Shown piece by piece: positions 45,144 to 51,750 of a stretch of DNA of 51,750 nt. Source of the stretch: Candidatus Woesearchaeota archaeon. GTDB taxonomy: Archaea > Nanobdellota > Nanobdellia > Woesearchaeales > GW2011-AR4. The stretch covers positions 1 to 51,750 of the forward strand of contig JACPJP010000018.1 of the NCBI GenBank assembly GCA_016187495.1, written 5' to 3'. The notes beneath the pieces were generated by a model. It was given only the letters and a program-made list of their open reading frames with translations, had not been told where the DNA came from and did not search any database. The number at the start of each line of letters is the position of its first letter. Within the stretch, counting starts at the first letter, position 1. Position numbers and translations under genes: made by a program.

Positions 45144-46498
45144 CACCGACAATAACTGCAAAAATCTCCGAATATAAGAAGAATGCTGTGGATGAGATGT
45201 CCAGTTTAATCAGGAAGAGCTCTATTACCGCCTTGGTTGATATGTCCAACATACCTGCCCCGCAACTGCAGGCAATGAGGAAGGAAATGAAAGGCAAAAT
45301 AAGTCTTTACATGACCAAGAAAAGGCTGATGAGGATTGCCCTTGACAGATCAAAGAATGAAAAGAAAAACATAGAGGCTCTCGCAAATTATTTTGAGGGC
45401 ATGCCCGCATTTATTTTCAGCAATGAGGATCCATTCAAATTAAGCAGGCTATTGCAAAAAGGCAAGACAAAGGCTCCTGCAAAACCAGGTCAGACGGCTC
45501 CAAGCGATATTATAATCAGCAAGGGCCCAACGCCATTTGCTCCAGGACCGATAATAAGCGAGTTGAGCAGCGTTGGGTTAAAAGTAGGAGTTGAAGGCGG
45601 AAAGATAGCTATAAAGGAAAATGCCGTTATTGCAAGGAAGGGAGAAAGAATAAAGCCCAAAGTTGCAGAGATTCTTGCAAGGCTTGATATAAGGCCGATG
45701 GACGTCGGCTTAGGAATGGTTGCAGCTTACGAAGACGGCATTATTTATACAAGGGGTGTATTGGAAGTTGACGAAAAGGCATTCAACAACAAGCTTAACA
45801 ATGCAGCAGTGCAGGCATTTAATCTTGCATTTAATATTGCTTATACAACTAAAGGCAACATATACTTGTTAATTGCAAAAGCGTTCAATGACGCAAAGGC
45901 TCTCGGATTAAGCCAGAACATATTTGATGGGGGCATTATTGAGCACATATTAGGCAAAGCAGAAAGGGAAATGCTGAGCCTGAAACATATAGCTAATATC
46001 GAAACTGCTGAGAAACCAAAGGAAAAGGAAGAAGAAATCCTTGAAGAAGAAAAAAGCATAATTGAAGAAGAAGAAAAGCTTGAGAAGGAACCGATTGCGC
46101 CAGTTCCTGAAGAGAGAGAAGTCCAGGAAGCGGTGAAGGAAGAAGAGGAAAAGAAGCTTGAGAATGAAAGGATAGAGAAGGAAAAAGAGCTGGAGGAAGT
46201 GAAAGGCTCCAAGGAACGGCAATCAGAGAATGATGTTGATAAAAAAATCAGTAAGATGGTGGAAAACACAAAAAAATTTGTCGAAGGCAAACAAGAGACA
46301 GCCAGTGATATATTGAATGAAGTAAGCCGACAAGAAAAGAAAGAAAATGCGGAACAGCAAAGAAAAGAGACAAGAATCCCGCCTGCTCACGAACTCAATA
46401 TCCAAAAAGAGAAAAAATCGAAAGAAGATGAAAAAAACCAGAAAGAAGTTGAAGAGCTGACCAAGGAACTTTTGAGAAAAGGCACGCTGAGGAAATAA
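45140..46498 (+). CDS. rpl10: 50S ribosomal protein L10/P0 with long acidic C-terminal extension
   Basis: PAPQLQ.MR, APAKPGQTAP.DI, GPT.F.PGP; located between rpl1 and rpl12. Confidence 0.95.
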   Translation: MTPTITAKISEYKKNAVDEMSSLIRKSSITALVDMSNIPAPQLQAMRKEMKGKISLYMTKKRLMRIALDRSKNEKKNIEALANYFEGMPAFIFSNEDPFKLSRLLQKGKTKAPAKPGQTAPSDIIISKGPTPFAPGPIISELSSVGLKVGVEGGKIAIKENAVIARKGERIKPKVAEILARLDIRPMDVGLGMVAAYEDGIIYTRGVLEVDEKAFNNKLNNAAVQAFNLAFNIAYTTKGNIYLLIAKAFNDAKALGLSQNIFDGGIIEHILGKAEREMLSLKHIANIETAEKPKEKEEEILEEEKSIIEEEEKLEKEPIAPVPEEREVQEAVKEEEEKKLENERIEKEKELEEVKGSKERQSENDVDKKISKMVENTKKFVEGKQETASDILNEVSRQEKKENAEQQRKETRIPPAHELNIQKEKKSKEDEKNQKEVEELTKELLRKGTLRK

Positions 46499-46585
46499 GA
46501 AATAATGAAAGTATAATGATTTAGATGGTATAAAGATAAGAAATTAGTTATAATAAAAAACTAAAATTTAATGGAGGTAAATAAA

Positions 46586-46900
46586 ATGGAATATGTCTAT
46601 AGCGCAATGCTGCTGCACAAAGCAGGGCAGAAAATAGGTGAAGCTAACGTAAAAAAAGTGCTTGAGGCTGCTGGCGTAAAAGCAGACGAAGCAAGGATTA
46701 AGGCTTTAGTAGCTACATTGGAAGGAGTGAATATAGATGAAGCAATAGAGAAAGCTGCAGTGCCAGTTGCTGCTGCGCCAGTTGCATCTGCACAGACAGC
46801 AGGTGAAGGGGCAAAGAAGGAAGACACAAAGAAGAAGGTAGAGGAAGAGAAGAAATCTGAAGAGCAGGCAGCCGCGGGATTGGGCAGCCTGTTCGGCTGA
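46586..46900 (+). CDS. rpl12: 50S ribosomal protein L12/P1
   Basis: [11 protein letters not shown] and [10 protein letters not shown]; SD GGAGGT. Confidence 0.97.
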   Translation: MEYVYSAMLLHKAGQKIGEANVKKVLEAAGVKADEARIKALVATLEGVNIDEAIEKAAVPVAAAPVASAQTAGEGAKKEDTKKKVEEEKKSEEQAAAGLGSLFG

Positions 46901-46990
46901 TTTTTTATTTTTTTATTTTGTAATTTTGCTGCCTTATATTCATTAAGCCAATTAAAAATATTTTTATATATGCTAATTCTCCCACAAAAA

Positions 46991-47899
46991 ATGAATCAGG
47001 ATAAGGAACCTAAAAAACCAACAAAAACTGAACTATTTGCAGAATTAGACGAGCTGAAAAGCGATGTCAATTTCCTGAAAAAAGAGATGAATAAAACAAA
47101 TGGCGATAAGGAATCATGGTATTCCAGAAAAGAAGAAATTTCCAGAGGAATAAGAGAAAAGATAAATGCTATAAAGCAAAACCGAGAAAAAAGGGACTCT
47201 TTGACGGGAAAGGTCAGGGAGCTGAAAGAAAAAAGGGCAAAGCTTAATGACGAGTTAAGGAAGAAGGTTTTTGAACTTACGGGATTGAAAAAACAATCTG
47301 CTGATTTAATGAAAAAATCTAAAATAACCTATCCTTCCAAGATAAAAACTGATATAGACTCTATCGAATCTAAACTTGAGACTGAGGTTATGTCTTTTGA
47401 TAAGGAAAAGGAGCTTTCAAAAAAGCTCAAGCTGCTCAAAAAATCACTTGCAGACGCCTCAGGACTTATAAGTGTATTGGACGCAATTAAAAAGCTAAAT
47501 CCAGATGTAGGCAGCGCAAAAAAAGAAAGTAATGCAGTGCATAAAGAAATACAGGATCTGGCAAAAGAAAGCCAGGCGCTGCATGAAACCATAATATCAG
47601 AATCCAAGAATGTTGACGAACTCAAGGCAAAAGAGGAAGGGGCATTTTTAAAATTTGTTGAATTCAAGAAAGTATTCAATGAAAAAAACTCCATGCTCAA
47701 GGATAATCTTAAGAGCATGGACAAAATAAGAGCAGAAATCAGCAAGTTCCAGCTCGAGGAGAATGAGAAAAGAAGGCTGCAGGAAGCAATGCTGATAAAG
47801 AATAAGGAACGGGATATTGAAGATAAGATCAAGAGCGGCAAGAAGCTTACAACAGAGGATTTTCTTGTGTTTCAGGAATCTATTAAGGGAACGAAATAA
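46991..47899 (+). CDS. Archaeal coiled-coil protein (COG1340-like)
   Basis: Heptad-rich sequence with RDSL..KVRELK, ET.V.S..KEKEL and C-terminal GKKLTTED. Confidence 0.75.
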   Translation: MNQDKEPKKPTKTELFAELDELKSDVNFLKKEMNKTNGDKESWYSRKEEISRGIREKINAIKQNREKRDSLTGKVRELKEKRAKLNDELRKKVFELTGLKKQSADLMKKSKITYPSKIKTDIDSIESKLETEVMSFDKEKELSKKLKLLKKSLADASGLISVLDAIKKLNPDVGSAKKESNAVHKEIQDLAKESQALHETIISESKNVDELKAKEEGAFLKFVEFKKVFNEKNSMLKDNLKSMDKIRAEISKFQLEENEKRRLQEAMLIKNKERDIEDKIKSGKKLTTEDFLVFQESIKGTK

Positions 47900-47963
47900 T
47901 CATTTTTTCTTTCTATAAGCTAAACTGAGCGATTTATGCATGCACTAATAGGATTATTAAAGC

Positions 47964-48009
47964 TGTAGTAAATAAGGATTAAAAATGTAGTAAATAAGGA
48001 TTAAAAATG
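47964..48009. repeat. 22-bp perfect tandem duplication
   Basis: TGTAGTAAATAAGGATTAAAAA occurs twice, followed by TG. Confidence 0.9.
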
Positions 48010-48097
48010 GATTATATATGTGGTATATTTGTATTAAGGATTATACCAAGTAGGACTAATATTACAAAATAGGTAATGCAAAGTAAATTAACAAGAA

Positions 48098-48289
48098 CTA
48101 TTCCTTTTTATCCTTCTTTTCCATGTATCCGGTTTTGCCGCAAACCCAACGGTCCTTGTGGTTGGCCATGAAGCATCCTGGGCCTGCTTTATGGGAAAAG
48201 GGGTTTTTCCTTACAGCCTTCCCATCTTTAATCTCGTAAAGCTTCCATATCTGCATAGGCCTTTTCTTAGCTGGTTTTTTCTTTGCCAT
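48098..48289 (-). CDS. rps27ae: 30S ribosomal protein S27ae (eS31), zinc-ligand-depleted variant
   Basis: LYEI..GKAVRKN..GPG.FMA.HKDR..CGK.GY; follows rps24e. Confidence 0.92.
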   Translation of the reverse strand: MAKKKPAKKRPMQIWKLYEIKDGKAVRKNPFSHKAGPGCFMANHKDRWVCGKTGYMEKKDKKE

Positions 48290-48539
48290 TTTATTTTTTG
48301 ATTCTGATTAATTATTTTTATTGATCTGTAATTGCTGCTTCTTAGTATTTAATTTCCTTGTAAGATTTATTTTTATCATTTAAGTTAATATTATTATTGG
48401 CAACTTCGGCATTGGGACAACTTATGATATCATTAATCTCTGTCCCGTACCGACGTTGATGCTATGATTCTTTGTTTTATTGTTAAAAAATTATTTTGTA
48501 TTATTAAAAAATATTCTTATTGGTTTTCTATTATTGGCG

Positions 48540-48857
48540 CTATTCCTTCTTTTCTTCTGCAGTTTTTTGTCCTTTCGACTCTGCTTTGATTTCCTTATGT
48601 TCCTTATGCCTTGGCTCTATAGACTTCATGATCTCTTCATTCTCATAAACATAAGATACATGTTTTGCCTTTCTTACTTTATATCCAGTATGTATGCCCT
48701 TGACAACTATTAATTTCTCGTCTCTGCCCAAGCTTTTTGCCAGTGCATTCCTGATTTCCGATTTTGAAGGCGTAGCTTTGTCAAATGACACCTCTGCCTC
48801 TAGTTTTGTCCTCGAAAGCAGAGGCTCTTCCTTCTTGCTTAAAATCTTGAGATCCAT
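48540..48857 (-). CDS. rps24e: 30S ribosomal protein S24e
   Basis: PLLSR, ATPSKSEIR, LIVVKGIHT.Y, VYEN..IEP. Confidence 0.93.
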   Translation of the reverse strand: MDLKILSKKEEPLLSRTKLEAEVSFDKATPSKSEIRNALAKSLGRDEKLIVVKGIHTGYKVRKAKHVSYVYENEEIMKSIEPRHKEHKEIKAESKGQKTAEEKKE

Positions 48858-48862
48858 GAAAA

Positions 48863-49048
48863 TCACCTTGCCTTTATTGCATACTCTCCCTTAGCAGGTA
48901 TGCCCACTTTATTTGCTATTGTGGATTTGTTTGCATCCAGAATGTGCAGCCTTCCCTGCCAGTTTGTTGAAAATTGATTGCCTTTGCATATTGGACATGC
49001 ATTCCCTTCCACGAAAATCTTGCATTTCTTGCATACTTTTTTCTTCAT
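48863..49048 (-). CDS. spt4: Transcription elongation factor Spt4 (RpoE'')
   Basis: CKKC..CPIC, STNWQG, S.IA..GI...GEYAIK. Confidence 0.95.
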   Translation of the reverse strand: MKKKVCKKCKIFVEGNACPICKGNQFSTNWQGRLHILDANKSTIANKVGIPAKGEYAIKAR

Positions 49049-49059
49049 TATAATCCCCT

Positions 49060-49731
49060 TTATTTCTTCTTAGACTCTTTGCTACTTTCTTTTTTAGATT
49101 CCTTTCCCGCGGAGTGGGTGTCCCCTTGCGGGATACCGAACTTCGTTCGTGTACCGGACTTCGTCCGAACATTATCCTCTCTGCTGCTTTCCGGCTTTGC
49201 CCCTTCTTCCCCTATCCAGTCGATCCTTCCTAATCCAGGCTGCCTCATTGTAAGCCCTAATTTCGGGTTTAAGGGATCTTTAAACGAAACTGCTATTATC
49301 CTTGCTCTGCAAACATCATTTACCTTAAGAGTTTTCTTGCTTTCCCTTCCTGACAAAGCCTTTTCCTTGCTGAAGCTCACAAAATCATCCATTGTTTGGG
49401 ATACATGAATCATCCCGTCTATCGGGCCTAGCGTTATGAAAGCCCCAAAATCAACTATGTCCCTTATTTTTCCAGTGACAACTTCCTGCAATTCGGGCTT
49501 AAAGCTTAAGACGTCAAATACAGTTTCATAGTAAGATGAGCCGTCTCCAGGTATTATAACTCCGTCCCCTATGCTTTTGATTCCTGAAATATCTATGACC
49601 ACTCCCAAGTCTTTCGAAATATAGCCGTCATACTTCTTTTTTACGCTTTTAATGACGGCTTCCTTAGTGTCTAAATTAAAAAGGTTTGGTGTTACCCTGA
49701 TGCGATCTTTGACTTCTATCTTATAGTACAT
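49060..49731 (-). CDS. rpoE1: RNA polymerase subunit E' (Rpo7)
   Basis: IIPGDG, FGAFITLGPIDGMIHVSQ, LTMRQPGLG; C-terminal tail contains a palindromic insert. Confidence 0.97.
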   Translation of the reverse strand: MYYKIEVKDRIRVTPNLFNLDTKEAVIKSVKKKYDGYISKDLGVVIDISGIKSIGDGVIIPGDGSSYYETVFDVLSFKPELQEVVTGKIRDIVDFGAFITLGPIDGMIHVSQTMDDFVSFSKEKALSGRESKKTLKVNDVCRARIIAVSFKDPLNPKLGLTMRQPGLGRIDWIGEEGAKPESSREDNVRTKSGTRTKFGIPQGDTHSAGKESKKESSKESKKK

Positions 49732-49833
49732 TTTCCCCTTAAATTATTAGTCATTTCTATGCCTTTTCTTTCTGTGCAAATAAAACGCTCAAAAATTAGA
49801 GGCCTACTTTCCCTTGCACTGGAGCGGACTTAG

Positions 49834-50256
49834 CTAAAAGCCCTTGTCATTTACTAGAGCAAGAATCTTCTTCTGCCTTAGTATAATAACAGTAGTACCG
49901 TAGTTAATAAGCCTCCTTTTTAAATCTTTGTCTTGCGTAGCGACAACATAATTGCTTTTAGAAGACAGCTCAATTATGGCGTCATCTGCTTTCTTATCCC
50001 CCTCAGTGTTTACTATTGCAATATTTTTAATAGCTATGAGCTTTAGCGCGATCTTTGCAGCATCCCTGCTTTTGCCTTTCTGCTCCCCAACAATCTTCTT
50101 GAGCTCTTCAATTCCCTTGTCAAGAACAAAAATTTTGTATGGGAAATGAATTATCTTATCTATTTGCGTGAATATATCAACTCTAAACTGGTAAGGGATG
50201 AGGAGAAAATTAGTGTCGAGCAGTATTTTCTTATAATTATTTTTTTTCTTGTTCAT
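49834..50256 (-). CDS. Fcf1/Utp24-like PIN-domain protein
   Basis: LDTNFLLIP, ADDAI, VATQDKDLKRR; typical position upstream of rpoE1. Confidence 0.9.
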   Translation of the reverse strand: MNKKKNNYKKILLDTNFLLIPYQFRVDIFTQIDKIIHFPYKIFVLDKGIEELKKIVGEQKGKSRDAAKIALKLIAIKNIAIVNTEGDKKADDAIIELSSKSNYVVATQDKDLKRRLINYGTTVIILRQKKILALVNDKGF

Positions 50257-50454
50257 TTTGTATTATTTTTTACAATTTCTGCAATGGTTGTATTTTTAAT
50301 TTTTCATTAGGTCTATCTTGTTATATTCTTTGTATAAAGGTTATTACTAAATTATTTTATTGGAGCTTTGATTATTTATTATTTGTTAATTTTTATTATA
50401 GCACTACTATTCCAATTATAAAGATTTTTATAATTACCGCATAAACTTGCTGCT

Positions 50455-51591
50455 ATGAAGGGGTTTTTAATTACACATAAAGGCATGGAAGGCATTGCAG
50501 CTATTGAGGTTAAGGAGTTGATAGGCTCTGAATCAAAGATTAATGACGGGTGTATTGTTTTTGACATAAAAAGCTATGAAGATTTGTTTAGGTTATGCTA
50601 TAAATCACAAAGCGCAACAGGAGTCTGCTGCCTTTTATCGGAATTTGAGCATAAGGATATTTTTGACGATTTTGGAGAAAATGTAGTAAAAATAAAATTT
50701 GACGAATGGCTGGGAAAAAATGTGCGGTTTAGGGTAAAGTGCGTAAGAAATTATGAAGATGGTGCTGCACATATAGAAACGGAAAGGAAGCTGGGAGAAA
50801 TAATTATTAATGATATACACAAAAAATACGGCTATAATCAAAGGGTTGAGCTTGAAAAGCCAGAGATTATAGTGATTTTCTTCCTGACAAAAAGAATATG
50901 CTATGTGGGCATAGATTTTGCGGGATTTGACTTAAGCAAAAGGTCATATAAAATACTTCAGCATCCATCTGACATAAAAGGCACAATTGCATATTCCCTA
51001 GTAAGGATTGCGGGCTACGGCAAAAATGAAGCCCTATTAGACGTTTTTTCAGGCTCCGGGACAATACCAATAGAGGCCGCTTTATTCTCCTCAAAATTTC
51101 CGGTAAGATATTTTGACAAGGAAAAATTTATTTTTTTAAAGTTTGAAAAGTTCAAAGAGCTTGATTTTAAGAGGTTATTTGGGAAATTCGACAGGGAAAT
51201 TTCGGACTATAAACCAAGGATATACAATGTCGACTTGTCAATGAAAAACATCAATTATGCAAAAAAGAACAGCAAAATAGCAGGCGTTGACAAGAAAATA
51301 AGATTCAGCAGAATGGACGCGGAATGGCTCGACACCAAATTTGAGAAGGGGAAGATTGATAAAATAGCAACAAAAATGCCGAACAGCAATGGAAATGGGC
51401 TGTACAATGAGTTTTTTTACCAGGCAGAGTTCATTCTTAAAGATAAAGGAAAAATTGTTTTAATAGGAAACAAAGAATTAATAGAAAAGCACTCTTCCAA
51501 ATACAAATTTGAGATTTGCGGTCAAAGGGAGATATTCAGCGGAAAGATGAAATATACTGTTTTTATATTAAACAAACAGGAAGTAAAATAA
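50455..51591 (+). CDS. THUMP-domain RNA methyltransferase (Trm14/RlmL-like)
   Basis: GMEGIAAIEV, DL.KRSY, LDVFSGSGTIPIEAA; motif IV is atypical (TKMP). Confidence 0.8.
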   Translation: MKGFLITHKGMEGIAAIEVKELIGSESKINDGCIVFDIKSYEDLFRLCYKSQSATGVCCLLSEFEHKDIFDDFGENVVKIKFDEWLGKNVRFRVKCVRNYEDGAAHIETERKLGEIIINDIHKKYGYNQRVELEKPEIIVIFFLTKRICYVGIDFAGFDLSKRSYKILQHPSDIKGTIAYSLVRIAGYGKNEALLDVFSGSGTIPIEAALFSSKFPVRYFDKEKFIFLKFEKFKELDFKRLFGKFDREISDYKPRIYNVDLSMKNINYAKKNSKIAGVDKKIRFSRMDAEWLDTKFEKGKIDKIATKMPNSNGNGLYNEFFYQAEFILKDKGKIVLIGNKELIEKHSSKYKFEICGQREIFSGKMKYTVFILNKQEVK

Positions 51592-51608
51592 AACAGTAAA
51601 TAAAATAA

Positions 51609-51750
51609 GAGTCGTGTGTAAGAAATCTACCATTCATTAGGCTCAATGCCCAACTCATAGTAAGCTCTGCCTAGTACGGTAAAATTATATGCACACCACG
51701 TCAATTCGCTTTCCTGCTCTTTTGCAGTATCATTTTTACAAAGGACATAA
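51609..51750 (-). mobile_element. 3' end of a probable IS element: transposase C-terminus (CDS ends at 51627) plus end sequence
   Basis: Minus-strand frame YVLCKNDTAKEQESELTWCAYNFTVLGRAYYELGIEPNEW* resembles DDE transposase C-termini (E....N....ELG); GAGTCGTGTGTAAGAAAT lies next to the stop. Confidence 0.55.

Overview
This is a gene-dense, AT-rich archaeal chromosome segment. Archaeal RNA polymerase subunits, ribosomal proteins and BHB-type tRNA introns establish the domain. Assignment to a DPANN lineage such as Woesearchaeota is inferred from gene content. Core genes include ProRS, LeuRS, the rps13-rps4-rps11-rpoD-tRNA-Leu-rpl18e-rpl13-rps9-rpoN cluster, rpl1-rpl10-rpl12 and PIN-rpoE1-spt4-rps24e-rps27ae. 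Several modules look bacterial: thiO/thiE/thiG/thiS, a GGSLG-type queuine Tgt with a YhhQ transporter, and zwf. There is also a phospholipid head-group cluster and a MacB-like ABC operon. Two accessory patches stand out. The first (6.3-9.4 kb) holds a CRISPR-less Csa3-like CARF-HTH regulator, a BRO protein, a truncated UDG-like ORF and a Cas4/AddB-like nuclease. The second (35-44 kb) holds AbrB with a broken PIN toxin, a type IIG restriction-modification gene, RelBE, a tandem nucleotidyltransferase-HEPN protein, an IS relic and an AAA+ ATPase. Signals not visible in the ORF track are a three-intron tRNA-Met with apparently ordered splicing, a two-intron tRNA-Ser with a 10-nt intron, IS-end-like motifs bracketing AT-rich cargo genes, a palindromic in-frame insertion in rpoE1, candidate structured mRNA leaders and candidate operators. 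All calls were made by eye; no searches were run.
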